Source: Gemmatimonadales bacterium (GTDB lineage Bacteria > Gemmatimonadota > Gemmatimonadetes > Gemmatimonadales > GWC2-71-9). Taken from it: 64,000 nt of DNA. Numbering within the stretch: position 1 is the stretch's first letter; each line of letters starts with the position of its first letter. This document shows positions 34,043 to 44,925 of the stretch, piece after piece. Where the stretch lies: positions 33,110 through 97,109 of the forward strand of contig DASXTV010000049.1 of assembly GCA_036505175.1 (NCBI GenBank). Direction: 5' to 3'. The notes under the pieces were generated by a model, which worked only from the letters and a program-made list of their open reading frames with translations, did not search any database and was not told where the DNA came from. The position numbers and the translations under genes were made by a program.

Positions 34043-36301
34043 ATGAGACTCGTGTTCGGTCTGCTGACGCTGGTCACATCGGTGCTCCCCCCCGCGGTCG
34101 CGCAGCTGCCGGATCACGTCACTGAGACGCTGCGCCGCATTTTTGCATCGGCGGAATTCGCGCCGCAGCGCTTCGGACCGGCACGATGGATCGAAAACGG
34201 CACCGCCTACACCACCGTCGAGAAATCGGCAGCGATGCCGGATGCGTTCGACATCGTGCGCTACGAGACCGCCACCGGTGCCCGGAGCGTCTACATCTCG
34301 GCGCGTCAGCTGGTGCCTCCCGGTGCGACCGAAGCGCTGGACTTCGACGATTACGCGTGGTCGGCCGATGGCAACCTGTTGCTGCTGTTCACCAACACGC
34401 AACGGGTATGGCGGCAGAATACGCGCGGCGACTACTGGGTCCTCGACCGGAAATCCGGCGCGCTGAAGAAACTCGGCGGGCCGAACGCACCGCCATCTAC
34501 GCTCATGTACGCCAAGTTCTCCCCCGCCGGCGATCGCGTGGCCTACGTGCGGCAGGGAAACATCTACGTGGAACGACTCTCGGACGGCGCAGTCACGTCG
34601 CTCACGAGCGATGCGGACTCGCTCCACGTGAACGGCATGACCGATTGGGTTTACGAGGAGGAATTCGACCTCCGCGATGCCTTCCGCTGGTCACCCGACG
34701 GCTCGAAGATCGCGTATTGGCGGTTCGACATGACAGGCCTAGGAACCTATTACCTCATCAACGACACAGACTCGCTCTATCCGAAAATAACTCTCATTCA
34801 ATACCCCAAGGCGGGGACCAGGAACTCGGCGGTGACGGCCGGCGTCGTGAGCGCCGATGGCGGCCCCACGACGTGGCTGCAGATCCCTGACGCCCCCCGC
34901 GAGAACTATCTCCCGCGTATGGAATGGGCGGGACCGAACGAGCTGATTCTCCAGCGCATGAACCGGCTCCAGAACACCGACCGCGTCATGTTGGCGGATG
35001 CGGCGACGGGAGCGACCCGGACAGTCCTGACCGAGCGCGACAGTGCCTGGGTCGACGTGGTGGACGAAATCCAATGGCTTGCGAAAGGCACCGAGTTCCT
35101 GTGGACGAGTGAGCGCGACGGCTGGAGGCACGTGTATCGGGTCAGCCGCGACGGCAAGCGCGTCACGAACATCACGGCCGGCAACTTCGACGTCGTCTCG
35201 ATCGCGGCGGTGGACGAGCCCGGTCAGTCGCTCTACTACATCGCGTCTCCCGACAACGCGACCCAGCGCTATCTGTTTCGCACCCGGCTGGATGGAAAAC
35301 AGCGAGCTGTGCGAGTGTCGCCGGCGCAGGCGGCGGGTACGCACTCCTACCGGATTTCCCCCGACGCCCGCTGGGCCTTTCATACGTACTCGCAGTTCGA
35401 CAGCCCGTCGCTGATCGAGCTGGTGCAGCTGCCGTCTCACCGGGTCGTCCGGAGCCTAATCGACAATGCCAAACAGCGGGCGGCGGTGGCACCGCTCATC
35501 GCGGGTCACGGTGAGTTCTTCAAGGTGACGGTGTCCGATGGAGTCTCACTCGATGGTTGGATGATCAAGCCCGCAAACTTCGATTCGACCAAAGTCTATC
35601 CGTTGCTGATGTACGTCTACGGTGAGCCGGCGGGTCAGACTGTCCAGGACTCCTGGGGCGGCGGTCATCTGTGGGAGCACATGATCGCGGATCAGGGCTA
35701 CGTGGTGGCCACGGTCGACAATCGCGGTACGCCGGCGCCGCGCGGGCGCGCGTGGCGCAAGGTCGTCTACGGGGCGATCGGCGTGTTGTCGAGCCGCGAG
35801 CAAGCGGACGCGGCGCGCGCCCTCACCGGATCACGCCACTATCTCGATCCGACGCGCGTCGCGATCTGGGGATGGAGCGGCGGCGGATCGAGCACGCTGC
35901 AGGCGATGTTTCGTTACCCCGACGTTTACCAAGTCGGTATGTCCGTGGCGCCGGTGCCGGACGAGCGTCTCTACGACACGATCTATCAGGAGCGTTACAT
36001 GGGTCTCCTGAACGGCCCGGCCGACAGCGCGCGCTACTACCGTGCCTCGCCGATCAGTCAGGCCGAGGGCCTCAAGGGACGACTCTTGGTCGTGCACGGC
36101 TCCGGTGACGACAACGTGCATTACCAGGGCACGGAACGCCTGGTGAACCGCCTGGTCGCGCTCGGCAAGCCCTTCGATTTCATGGCGTACCCCAACCGCT
36201 CACACTGCATCTGCGAGGGCCGCGGCACGACGCTCCACATCTACTCGCTGCTCACCCGGTACTTGATGGAGCATCTCCCCGCCGGGCCGCGGAGCCGTTG
36301 A
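34043..36301 (+). CDS. Dipeptidyl-peptidase IV (S9B prolyl oligopeptidase family), secreted
   Basis: 752 aa with a signal peptide and a DPP-IV N-terminal propeller (DWVYEEEF). Catalytic features: GWSGGG Ser motif, GSGDDNVH Asp, NRSHC His. AAGGAG SD upstream. Confidence 0.9.
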   Translation: MRLVFGLLTLVTSVLPPAVAQLPDHVTETLRRIFASAEFAPQRFGPARWIENGTAYTTVEKSAAMPDAFDIVRYETATGARSVYISARQLVPPGATEALDFDDYAWSADGNLLLLFTNTQRVWRQNTRGDYWVLDRKSGALKKLGGPNAPPSTLMYAKFSPAGDRVAYVRQGNIYVERLSDGAVTSLTSDADSLHVNGMTDWVYEEEFDLRDAFRWSPDGSKIAYWRFDMTGLGTYYLINDTDSLYPKITLIQYPKAGTRNSAVTAGVVSADGGPTTWLQIPDAPRENYLPRMEWAGPNELILQRMNRLQNTDRVMLADAATGATRTVLTERDSAWVDVVDEIQWLAKGTEFLWTSERDGWRHVYRVSRDGKRVTNITAGNFDVVSIAAVDEPGQSLYYIASPDNATQRYLFRTRLDGKQRAVRVSPAQAAGTHSYRISPDARWAFHTYSQFDSPSLIELVQLPSHRVVRSLIDNAKQRAAVAPLIAGHGEFFKVTVSDGVSLDGWMIKPANFDSTKVYPLLMYVYGEPAGQTVQDSWGGGHLWEHMIADQGYVVATVDNRGTPAPRGRAWRKVVYGAIGVLSSREQADAARALTGSRHYLDPTRVAIWGWSGGGSSTLQAMFRYPDVYQVGMSVAPVPDERLYDTIYQERYMGLLNGPADSARYYRASPISQAEGLKGRLLVVHGSGDDNVHYQGTERLVNRLVALGKPFDFMAYPNRSHCICEGRGTTLHIYSLLTRYLMEHLPAGPRSR

Positions 36302-37071
36302 CGCTCATCGCCGTCACACGCGCCGTCAGTCCCGCGCTGGCGGAATGCGAGCTGACCCACCTCCCGCGCGATCCCATCGATGTCGCCAAGGCGATCGCCG
36401 ACCACGAGCGTTACGAGGCGGCGCTGCGCTCGCTTGGCGCCACGGTTGTCCGGGCGCCGGAAGAGCCGACGCTGCCGGACGCAGTCTTTGTCGAGGATAC
36501 CGCGCTCGTGCTCGACGACGTCGCGATCATCACGAGACCCGGCGCTCCCTCGCGGCGGCCGGAAATCGAATCCATGGCGAAGGTCTTGCGCGCGTACAAG
36601 TCGCTGCAACGGATCCAGCCACCTGGCACGCTCGATGGCGGTGACGTGCTCGCAGTGGGCCGAACGATCTACGTGGGTCTCTCCTCACGCACGAATCACG
36701 ATGGGCGGGCTCAGCTCGAGGCACTCCTCAGCGAGAAGGGCTATGAGGTAATCCCTGTTCCGGTCACCGGCTGTCTCCACCTCAAAAGCGCAGTCACGCA
36801 GGTCGCGGACAATCTGCTCCTGATCAATGCCCAGTGGGTGCGTCCGGAGTGCTTCGCGTCCCTCGAGTTAATGACCGTTGCCGCGTCGGAACCGGCTGGC
36901 GCCAATGCCCTGCGGATCGGGACGGCGGTTATCTATCCAGCGCATCATCCAGAGACAGCAGAACGTCTGGAGCGCGCCGGGGTGCGTGTGGTCCCCGTCC
37001 CATGTACAGAGCTCGCCAAAGCCGAGGGTGGGGTGACATGCTGTAGTGTGGTGTTTGACGCGGAGCCTTAA
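36298..37071 (+). CDS. Dimethylarginine dimethylaminohydrolase / amidinotransferase-fold enzyme
   Basis: 257 aa. Motifs typical of the DDAH/arginine deiminase superfamily: [19 protein letters not shown], and a C-terminal GGVTCCS (the nucleophile Cys). TTG start overlapping the previous stop. Confidence 0.78.
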   Translation: MTLIAVTRAVSPALAECELTHLPRDPIDVAKAIADHERYEAALRSLGATVVRAPEEPTLPDAVFVEDTALVLDDVAIITRPGAPSRRPEIESMAKVLRAYKSLQRIQPPGTLDGGDVLAVGRTIYVGLSSRTNHDGRAQLEALLSEKGYEVIPVPVTGCLHLKSAVTQVADNLLLINAQWVRPECFASLELMTVAASEPAGANALRIGTAVIYPAHHPETAERLERAGVRVVPVPCTELAKAEGGVTCCSVVFDAEP

Positions 37072-39197
37072 TCAGCGGCCTGCTGCGTCTCCGGAGGGGA
37101 GCCCCCTCCAACTTCGTCGGCCAACAATCGGAATGATTTCACGGCGCCGGTAAGGCGATCGGCCGCTTCGGCGAGCTGATTCGCCGACGACGCGATCTCT
37201 TCCGTCGAGGCGCTCTGTTCCTGGCCCGACGCGGCCAGCTCTTCTGCCGAGGCAAGGAGACTGTCGGTCTGGCCGGCGACCGTGCCCAGCCGGTTGGCGA
37301 TCTCTTCGACGAGCGCGCGCATCTCGGCCGCCGACTGCGCGATCTCGCGGCTCCAGGCATCGTTCGCATCGGCCTCGCTCGCCACGGTCGCCAACCCTTG
37401 CGCGGCGGTCTGCGACGCTTCGCGGACCGCCGTGCCGCCTTCGGCCAGTCGCACCAGCCGGTCGCGGGTCGCCTGCACGCGGGCGAGCACGCCGCGCACT
37501 GTCTCGGCGGTCTCGCCGGCCGCCGCTGCGGCCACCGACGCGAGCTTGCGCACCTCGTCGGCGACGACGGCGAAGCCGCGTCCCTGCGGTCCGGCACGGG
37601 CCGCTTCGATTGCGGCATTGAGCGCCAGCATGTTCGTCTGCGTCGCCACGGCCTTCGTCTGGGCCACAAATGTCTGAATCCTTGCCGTGGCCTGCGCCAG
37701 CGCCGTTGCTTCCTCCGCACCCTTCGCGACCTCGTCGGCGAGCTTGGCGAGACGGATCGTGCTCTGGTCCAGCCCCTCCTTGTGACGTCGTGCCAGCGCC
37801 GCCAGATCGGCGTTGCGACGGGCCGCTTCTTCGGCGCCTTGCGCGAGCTTCGCGGCGATCTGGAGGATCCGCGCGGCGTCGTCCGCCGCGGCGCGGACGA
37901 CGTGGGCCTGCTCCCCGGCGCGCCGCGAGAGGTCCTGCGAGGTCGCGGCCATCTCTTCGGTCGAGGCGCTCATCTCCTCGGTCGCGGCGGAAATTTCCGT
38001 CGCCATGGCGGCGGCCTCATCGGCCGCGGCGCGGATCGCGCCGACGAGGCGTCGGAGCGCCACGACCATCGAATGCACGGACGACAGCAGGTCGGCGACT
38101 TCGCTCGCTTCGGCGCGATGGGTCGTGACCGTCACCGAGAGATCGCCCCCCGCCACGCGGCTGGCGATCGCGCCCGCGGCACGCACTGGGTCGGTGACCA
38201 GCCGGCCAAGTCGTTGCGACAGCCAGAACATCGCGCCGATCGCCACCGCCGCGACGAGCAACGCCCCGACCCAGATCGTCAGCTGCGTGGATCGCATGGC
38301 GGCAAATGCGGTCGCTGCGGGCTCGCGATAGAGCACCCACCACTCGCCCTGGTTCGCGGGGACGGATACGACGAGCTCACGGCCGCCGGCGGTCGTCGTG
38401 ATGTGGCTCGTGGTGGGGTCCGGCGCCAGGGGAATGCGGTCCTTGTCCGCGAGCACCTGCAGGAGCAGGGTCCGATCGCGCGAGAGGAGCATCGTGCCGT
38501 CCCGCGCCACGACTTCGAGATAGGCGCGGCCGGTGAGCTCTTCGGAGCCGAGCAGGCTGGTCAGCCGCTCCAGGCTGAAGAGCGTTTGCAGCACGCCCAC
38601 TGGCCGATTCTGGCGCGGCGCCCGAATCGCGACGTCGAATTCCAGCTCCGCCACGGTGCCGGTCGTGTCGGACTGCGGTTCGCCCTGATACGATCCATCC
38701 GCCATCGTGCGCTGCCACCACGTCTCGTCGCGCTGCACGAAATCCGGCGCCTGCCCCGCGACGAGCACGTTGAGGCCGTGGCTTTCGGTCACAATGATGT
38801 TTGAAAAGTCCGAAACGGTGACGTAAGCGCGCAGGAAGTCACGTAACTCGGGGTCGGCGCCCAGACCTCGTGAGGGGTCGAACTGACCTTCGAGCGTCGC
38901 GACGGAAAGCTTGTCGAGGCCGCGCGCGCTGGCCTCCTGACCCGCCTCGCGCACCCGCGTGACGAGCTGGGGCATGCTCGCGAGCGAGGCGACTTCGCGA
39001 CGGCGCTCCTTCATGTACTGCGTAACGATCGCCGCGACTCGCGTGGCGACGTCCCGGCCACGCACATCGGCTTGCTGCTCGAGCACGTGGCCGACGCGAT
39101 TGCTGGCGAGCCAGGCGACGAAGACGACGAGGAGGACCGCGGCGCCGGCCCCGGAAATCAGAAAACTCTGCCGCAGTTGCTGTGACTTGATGGCCAT
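37068..39197 (-). CDS. Methyl-accepting chemotaxis protein with periplasmic Cache-like sensor and HAMP
   Basis: 709 aa with two TM helices flanking a ~270-aa sensor. The conserved MCP signalling hairpin is [33 protein letters not shown]. Confidence 0.9.
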   Translation of the reverse strand: MAIKSQQLRQSFLISGAGAAVLLVVFVAWLASNRVGHVLEQQADVRGRDVATRVAAIVTQYMKERRREVASLASMPQLVTRVREAGQEASARGLDKLSVATLEGQFDPSRGLGADPELRDFLRAYVTVSDFSNIIVTESHGLNVLVAGQAPDFVQRDETWWQRTMADGSYQGEPQSDTTGTVAELEFDVAIRAPRQNRPVGVLQTLFSLERLTSLLGSEELTGRAYLEVVARDGTMLLSRDRTLLLQVLADKDRIPLAPDPTTSHITTTAGGRELVVSVPANQGEWWVLYREPAATAFAAMRSTQLTIWVGALLVAAVAIGAMFWLSQRLGRLVTDPVRAAGAIASRVAGGDLSVTVTTHRAEASEVADLLSSVHSMVVALRRLVGAIRAAADEAAAMATEISAATEEMSASTEEMAATSQDLSRRAGEQAHVVRAAADDAARILQIAAKLAQGAEEAARRNADLAALARRHKEGLDQSTIRLAKLADEVAKGAEEATALAQATARIQTFVAQTKAVATQTNMLALNAAIEAARAGPQGRGFAVVADEVRKLASVAAAAAGETAETVRGVLARVQATRDRLVRLAEGGTAVREASQTAAQGLATVASEADANDAWSREIAQSAAEMRALVEEIANRLGTVAGQTDSLLASAEELAASGQEQSASTEEIASSANQLAEAADRLTGAVKSFRLLADEVGGGSPPETQQAAD

Positions 39198-39219
39198 TCG
39201 GGTTTAGTTTTACCACCGT

Positions 39220-41628
39220 ATGCGAGACATCCCAACCTACGATCCGGCTGCGCTCGAAGCAAAGTGGCAGGCCCATTGGGCTGAGCGGCGCACTAACGAG
39301 CCCGACCTCGACGGCGCCAAGCGGCCCTTCTACAACCTCATGATGTTTCCGTATCCCTCGGCCGAGGGGTTGCACGTCGGCAACATGTTCGCGTTCACGG
39401 GCGCCGACATCTACGGTCGCTTCAAGCGGCTCCAGGGCTTCGACGTGTTCGAGCCGATGGGGTTCGACGCCTTCGGCATCCATTCCGAGAATTACGCGCT
39501 CAATATCGGCACCAATCCGGCCAAGCTCATCCCACAGAACATCGCCACATTCCGGCGCCAGCTGCGGCGCTTCGGCGGCATGTTCGACTGGCGCCATGAG
39601 CTCTCGACCACCGATCCCGCTTACTACACGTGGACGCAGTGGCTCTTTCTGCAGCTCTTCAAGGCGGGACTCGCCTACAAGAAGCGCGCGGCGGTGAACT
39701 GGTGTCCCAAGGACAAGACCGTGCTCGCCAACGAGCAGGTCATCGACGGCCGCTGCGAGCGTTGCGACACGCCGGTCGAGCAGCGTTTCCTCGACCAATG
39801 GTTCTTCCGCATCACGAACTACGCGGAGCGCCTCCTCGAGAGCCTCCAGAACCTCGACTGGTCTTCCTCCACCGTCCTGCTGCAGCGGAACTGGATCGGC
39901 CGCAGCGACGGGGCGGAGCTCATCTTCGAGACGCCGAGCGGTAAGAAGATCACGGTCTTCACGACCCGGCCCGATACGGTGTTTGGCGCGACCTATTTGG
40001 TGCTCGCGCCCGAGCACCCACTCGTCGACGAGCTCACCGCCGTCGAGCAGCGGTCGGCCGTCAAGACATATCAGCGGGAGGTGCAGTCCAAGGACATCGT
40101 GTCGCGCCGGGTAGGTGACAAGACGAAGACCGGTGTCTTCATCGGCTCCTATGCCCGAAACCCGGCCACTTCAGAAGCGATCCCGATCTGGATCGCCGAC
40201 TACGTCCTGATGGAGTACGGGACCGGCGCCATCATGGCGGTTCCCGCGCACGACAAGCGGGACTTCGAGTTCGCCACGCAGTTCAAGCTCCCGATCCGCC
40301 AGGTCGTCGCGGTCGAGGGAGAAACGTTGCCGAGTGTGTCCGAGAACGGCGTACTGATGAACTCGGCTGCGTTCGACGGCACGCCGTGCGTCGCAGGCGC
40401 TCGCAAGATCGTCGCATGGCTCTCGAGCCGTGGATTGGCAACCGCGCGGGTGCAGTACCGGCTGCACGACTGGTGCATCTCGCGGCAGCGCTATTGGGGT
40501 CCGCCGATCCCCATCCTCTATTGCGAAAAATGCGGCGTCGTCCCGGTGCCCGAGAAGGATTTGCCGGTCGAGCTGCCACTCATCGAGGATTTTCGTCCCG
40601 ACGACACCGGCGTGAGCCCGCTTGCCCGGCATGAAGAGTGGTACTTCGTGAAGTGCCCCCAGTGCGGCCGCCAGGCGCGCCGCGAGACGGACGTCTCCGA
40701 TACGTTCCTCGATTCGGCGTGGTATCACCTTCGCTACCCGTCGACGGAGTTCCACGACCGGCCGTTCGACGCCGCCCGGACCAAGAAGTGGCTCCCCGTC
40801 AGCAGCTACATCGGCGGGAACGAACACGCCGTACTGCATCTGTTGTATTCGCGCTTCATCTGCATGGTGTTGTCTGACCTCGGCCATCTGCATTTCGACA
40901 CCCCGTACCCGAAATTCCGCGCTCACGGCCTGATCGTGAAGGACGGCGCCAAGATGTCGAAGTCGCGCGGCAACGTGGTCGTTCCAGACACCTACATCCA
41001 GCAGTGGGGCGCGGACACATTCCGGATGTACCTGATGTTCCTCGGGCCTTTCCAGGATGGCGGTGATTTCCGTGATTCAGGAATCGTCGGCCAGCGTAGG
41101 TTTTTGGAGAAAGTATGGGCCTCGGTGCACGAAGCGGCGGCGAGGGGCGGCGAAGGGGCGGCGCCTGACTCCGTCGCGCAGAAGCTTCATCGCACGATCC
41201 GCAAGGTGACTGCGGACACCGAAGCGTTACAGTACAACACCGCGATCGCGGCGATGATGGAGTACGTCAACGAACTGCGGGAGCAAGGAGCCGGGAGCCG
41301 GGAGCTCGTGGAGCCGCTCGTGATCATGCTCGCGCCCTACGCGCCGCACATTGCTGAAGAATTGTGGGACGTCTTAGGCCACCAGGACTCCGTGTTCCAG
41401 GCGCGCTGGCCAGCCTATGACGAGCGCCTCGCTTCGGCAGGCGACGTCGAGATCGCGGTGCAGGTCAACGGCAAGTTGCGCTCGCGCCTCACGGTGCCAC
41501 GCGGCATGGCGGAGAAAGACGTGCTCGCGCGTGTGCTCGCGGATGAGGCGGTGAAGAAGTTTGTCGATGGGCAGAAGGTGAAGAAGGTGATTTACGTGCA
41601 GGACCGGCTGGTGAATCTGGTCGTCTAA
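39220..41628 (+). CDS. leuS: Leucyl-tRNA synthetase
   Basis: 802 aa. Motifs: FPYPSAEGLHVGN (HIGH-type) and KMSKSRGN (KMSKS), plus Zn-knuckle CERCDT/CPQCG segments. Confidence 0.97.
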   Translation: MRDIPTYDPAALEAKWQAHWAERRTNEPDLDGAKRPFYNLMMFPYPSAEGLHVGNMFAFTGADIYGRFKRLQGFDVFEPMGFDAFGIHSENYALNIGTNPAKLIPQNIATFRRQLRRFGGMFDWRHELSTTDPAYYTWTQWLFLQLFKAGLAYKKRAAVNWCPKDKTVLANEQVIDGRCERCDTPVEQRFLDQWFFRITNYAERLLESLQNLDWSSSTVLLQRNWIGRSDGAELIFETPSGKKITVFTTRPDTVFGATYLVLAPEHPLVDELTAVEQRSAVKTYQREVQSKDIVSRRVGDKTKTGVFIGSYARNPATSEAIPIWIADYVLMEYGTGAIMAVPAHDKRDFEFATQFKLPIRQVVAVEGETLPSVSENGVLMNSAAFDGTPCVAGARKIVAWLSSRGLATARVQYRLHDWCISRQRYWGPPIPILYCEKCGVVPVPEKDLPVELPLIEDFRPDDTGVSPLARHEEWYFVKCPQCGRQARRETDVSDTFLDSAWYHLRYPSTEFHDRPFDAARTKKWLPVSSYIGGNEHAVLHLLYSRFICMVLSDLGHLHFDTPYPKFRAHGLIVKDGAKMSKSRGNVVVPDTYIQQWGADTFRMYLMFLGPFQDGGDFRDSGIVGQRRFLEKVWASVHEAAARGGEGAAPDSVAQKLHRTIRKVTADTEALQYNTAIAAMMEYVNELREQGAGSRELVEPLVIMLAPYAPHIAEELWDVLGHQDSVFQARWPAYDERLASAGDVEIAVQVNGKLRSRLTVPRGMAEKDVLARVLADEAVKKFVDGQKVKKVIYVQDRLVNLVV

Positions 41629-42731
41629 AGCGTCTTCGCCACCAGCTCGCCGACAAAGTAACCGACGGCGGCGACCCCGACTCCGATGACAAACATATCG
41701 ATCCCGCTGCGGATTACGCCGCGGCCGGTAAAGAAACTACGCGCCGCTCCCACGATGAAGTGCGACAGCATCGCGATCGTGAACGCCGCCCAGATGGCGG
41801 TGCGACCGTGCAGCAGGAGAAATGGCGCCACCGGGATGAACGCGCCCACCGCCGTCGCCACACCGGTGATCCACCCCTCGCGAAACGGCGTCGCGTGCGC
41901 CTCGCCGATCTTCAGCTCCTCGCGCACCTGTTCGCCGAGCGCGCGCTCCGGGTCGCGCATGACCTCTTCGGCCATGCGGCGCGCGGTGCGAGGGTCGACG
42001 CCCTTCGCCTGATACTGTAGCTCCATCTCTTCCATCTCTATGTCCGGCATCAGGCGAATCTCTTCTTTTTCCATCGCGATCTCGTGCTCCCACACCTCCT
42101 GCTCGCTCTTCGCCGCCAAATAGCCGGACGAGCCCATGGACAACGCGTCCGCGATCATGCCGGCGACGCCCGAGATCATGATCACGTGCGGCTGCACGGC
42201 CGCGCCGATCACACCGGCCACCAGACCGAAGTTCGCCGTCAGCCCGTCGTTGAAGCCGTACACGACGTTGCGCAGAAAGCCGCCCGAGCCCGTCTTGTGC
42301 CACGGCTCGGCGCCTTTGCCCGCCAGATCGGCGAGGGTCCCGGCGTGGGCCGCGGATTCCTTCGCGAGCTGGAGCGAGACCTGCCGCGCGTCGGCGAAGG
42401 TCGATGCCTTGTGGAGATTGAGGTATCCCTTGACCTCCTCACCCTCTTCGCGCAGCAGCATCGGCAGTAAGTAGCGCGTCCCGAAGCGCCGTCCGAACCA
42501 GGCCCGGAGCTTGGCGTTCAGAGACGGCCGCGCGTGATCGACCTCGTGGCCGTGCTGGGCGAGGAGCTTGCTCCACATCTGCACGTGTTTCTCTTCGACG
42601 CCCGCCAGCTTGATGTAGACGTCCTTCCGGTGCGGATCGGATTCCTGGCCGGCGAGCGCGAGGTAGAGGTAGGCCGCGTCCGCTTCATCCTGCCAGTGAT
42701 GGAGCCATTCGTGGACGTCGGGCTTGAGCAT
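41625..42731 (-). CDS. Ferritin-like (erythrin) domain fused to VIT1/CCC1 iron transporter (MbfA-like)
   Basis: 368 aa. The N-terminal four-helix ferritin-like region contains EADAAYLY and EEKHVQMW. The C-terminal VIT1 membrane domain contains NVVYGFNDGLTANFGLV. Confidence 0.82.
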   Translation of the reverse strand: MLKPDVHEWLHHWQDEADAAYLYLALAGQESDPHRKDVYIKLAGVEEKHVQMWSKLLAQHGHEVDHARPSLNAKLRAWFGRRFGTRYLLPMLLREEGEEVKGYLNLHKASTFADARQVSLQLAKESAAHAGTLADLAGKGAEPWHKTGSGGFLRNVVYGFNDGLTANFGLVAGVIGAAVQPHVIMISGVAGMIADALSMGSSGYLAAKSEQEVWEHEIAMEKEEIRLMPDIEMEEMELQYQAKGVDPRTARRMAEEVMRDPERALGEQVREELKIGEAHATPFREGWITGVATAVGAFIPVAPFLLLHGRTAIWAAFTIAMLSHFIVGAARSFFTGRGVIRSGIDMFVIGVGVAAVGYFVGELVAKTL

Positions 42732-42808
42732 CCGGCAAGCTACTACCTCGCAATGCCTTATGTAACCATGCGTTCCCCTAGGACGAATTCGCGACGTTCC
42801 ACGTAGTT

Positions 42809-43360
42809 ATGGCATCATACCTTTCGGACATGACCGTGGCCTTCGCCGTTCCGGACGTCCTCGTCGCCCGCGCGCAAGCCGGAGATGAAGCAGCCCTCGA
42901 AGCCCTGTACCGGGCCTTCGAGACGCCGGTCTACAATCTCGTGCGGCGCATGCTGCGGCGGCCGGAAGATGCGGAGGACGTGCTGCAGGAGACGTTTCTC
43001 GAGGTGGTGCGCAACATCAAGCAGTACCGCGGCGAAGGTCATCTCTGGGGCTGGGTCCGCCGCATCGCCTCGACCAAGGCATTGATGCGGATTCGTCGCG
43101 ATCAGGTGCGGGCGACGGAGTCGCTGGACGACGAGCCGGGAAAGCCAGGGATGCATGTCGGCGCGAACATCGATCTGGAGCGCGCGTTCGATCTGCTTTC
43201 CGAGACGTCGCGGTCGGTGGTGTGGCTGCACGACGTCGAAGGGTACACCCACGAAGAGATTGCGGAGCAGATGGGTAAATCGGTGAGCTTTTCCAAGTCG
43301 CAGCTGGCGCGAGCCCACGCGCGGCTGCGGCGGATGCTCGATGAAGGAGCGAATGCATGA
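42809..43360 (+). CDS. ECF-type RNA polymerase sigma-70 factor
   Basis: 183 aa. Region 2 is EDAEDVLQETFLEV...WGWVRRIA. Region 4 is WLHDVEGYTHEEIAEQMGKSVSFSKSQLARAHARLR. Confidence 0.9.
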   Translation: MASYLSDMTVAFAVPDVLVARAQAGDEAALEALYRAFETPVYNLVRRMLRRPEDAEDVLQETFLEVVRNIKQYRGEGHLWGWVRRIASTKALMRIRRDQVRATESLDDEPGKPGMHVGANIDLERAFDLLSETSRSVVWLHDVEGYTHEEIAEQMGKSVSFSKSQLARAHARLRRMLDEGANA

Positions 43361-43932
43361 TGCACTGCACGATGGAAGATCTGGGAGCCCTGCGGGCAGG
43401 TGAGGCGTCGGTCTGGGCGCGCCGGCACATCGCCACCTGCGCTGCGTGTCAGGCGGAGCTGGAAGCGCTGTACCAGCGAGTCGCGCAGCTCAAGGCGTTG
43501 CCGGCGCTGCGCCCGCCTCGCGACCGCTGGCCCGCCGTGCAGGCGGTGCTGCGCGCCGAGCGCACCCGCCGCCGCCGCACGTGGGGAACGTGGACCGGCA
43601 GTCTCGCCCTCGCCGCCACGATCGCCGCACTCCTGCTGCTCCAGCCGTCGGGCCAGGGCCTCCACGCCGAGCTGAGCCAGGTGAAGCAGCAGTCGGCGAC
43701 GCTCGAAGATTCCCTGCAGCAATACGACATCGACGGCCGCGTGTTGAGCGGTCACGCGGCGGCCCTGGTGGCCGAGCTGGAAGACCGCATTTCGATTCTC
43801 GACGGCACGCTCGCGCAGCAGGAACAGCGCGCACAGGACGCCGAGCTCGTAAAACTCTGGCAGGAGCGCGTCGGACTGATGCGGGAGCTGGTGAACGCCC
43901 ACGTGACGCGCGCTCGCTACATCGGGCTCTAA
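43357..43932 (+). CDS. Anti-sigma factor (zf-HC2) with one TM helix and coiled-coil C-terminus
   Basis: ATGA overlap with the sigma gene. HIATCAAC matches H-x3-C-x2-C. The TM helix is LALAATIAALLLL. Confidence 0.75.
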   Translation: MMHCTMEDLGALRAGEASVWARRHIATCAACQAELEALYQRVAQLKALPALRPPRDRWPAVQAVLRAERTRRRRTWGTWTGSLALAATIAALLLLQPSGQGLHAELSQVKQQSATLEDSLQQYDIDGRVLSGHAAALVAELEDRISILDGTLAQQEQRAQDAELVKLWQERVGLMRELVNAHVTRARYIGL

Positions 43933-43951
43933 GGGCCCGGAGGAGAACTAG

Positions 43952-44923
43952 ATGATTCGCAATTGGACTGTGGCAGTCCTCGCCGTCAGCCTGGCCCTAC
44001 CGGCCGTATCGGCCGCGCAGGCGTCGCCGCGCCGGCCGAGCACGCGACCGCGCGTGCGGGTCGAGACGCAGGGTGGACCGTTCGGTGTGTACGCGTTCGG
44101 CGACAAGCGCGGCCGCATCGGCGTGATCGTGGATCCCAAGGCGAACACCGCGAGCGACAAGATCGGCGCGCGCATCGAAGGGATCACACCGGGCGGACCA
44201 GCTGAGAAGGCGGGCATCAAGGCCGGTGACGTCATCACCCGCTTCAACGGCACGGCGCTCGGTGGATCGGAGTCGGAGGACGACGAGCGGTCAGGGCCGG
44301 GCATGAAGCTGATCGATCTCGCGCATGAGCTGGAGCCCGGCGACACGGTGCAGGTCGAGTACCGCCGCGGCAACGATACGCGGAAGGCGACGCTCGTGGC
44401 TGAAGACCTCGGCGGTGGTGTCTGGACCGGATCGATGGACATGCCCGAGATGGGCAAGTTCAGGGAATTGATGCCCCAGATGGAGATGGGACCGGGCGAG
44501 TTCATGATCGGGGGGGTGTGGGGGGGGATCGAGCTCGTCAAGCTCAACCCCGATCTCGGCGAATACTTCGGCACCCGCGAGGGCGTGCTGGTAGTCCGGG
44601 CGCCGGAAGATTCGTCTTTGACGCTGAAGGGCGGCGACGTCATCATCTCGATTGGTGACCGCAAGCCGACATCACCCGAGCAGGCGATGCGGATCCTCCG
44701 CTCCTACGACGCCGGGGAGACCGTCACGCTCGACGTGCTCCGCAAGCAGAGGCATGTCACCGTGAGCTGGAAGGTCCCGGATCGTGAGACTACGATCTTC
44801 CGCCGGACGCCGCGGATGCATGAGGAGCCGAGCTGGTTCCGGATCGCGCCGAAGATCCGGCAGCAACTCGAGCTGCCGGTCCGGAAGATCAGGGACGTGA
44901 TCCGGACGAGCCGAGCGATCTAA
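43952..44923 (+). CDS. Secreted protein with two PDZ-like domains
   Basis: 323 aa with a signal peptide (AVSLALPAVSAAQA). The segments GITPGGPAEKAGIKAGDVITRFNG and LKGGDVIISIG are PDZ-like. GGAGGAG SD upstream. Confidence 0.7.
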   Translation: MIRNWTVAVLAVSLALPAVSAAQASPRRPSTRPRVRVETQGGPFGVYAFGDKRGRIGVIVDPKANTASDKIGARIEGITPGGPAEKAGIKAGDVITRFNGTALGGSESEDDERSGPGMKLIDLAHELEPGDTVQVEYRRGNDTRKATLVAEDLGGGVWTGSMDMPEMGKFRELMPQMEMGPGEFMIGGVWGGIELVKLNPDLGEYFGTREGVLVVRAPEDSSLTLKGGDVIISIGDRKPTSPEQAMRILRSYDAGETVTLDVLRKQRHVTVSWKVPDRETTIFRRTPRMHEEPSWFRIAPKIRQQLELPVRKIRDVIRTSRAI

Positions 44924-44925
44924 CT

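Noticed and set aside
42754-42790. Possible ECF-type autoregulated promoter (GTAACC-16 nt-CGAAT) upstream of the sigma factor gene.
   Set aside because: The match to ECF -35/-10 consensus forms is weak, and several alternative alignments are possible. The support is not strong enough to list it as a feature.
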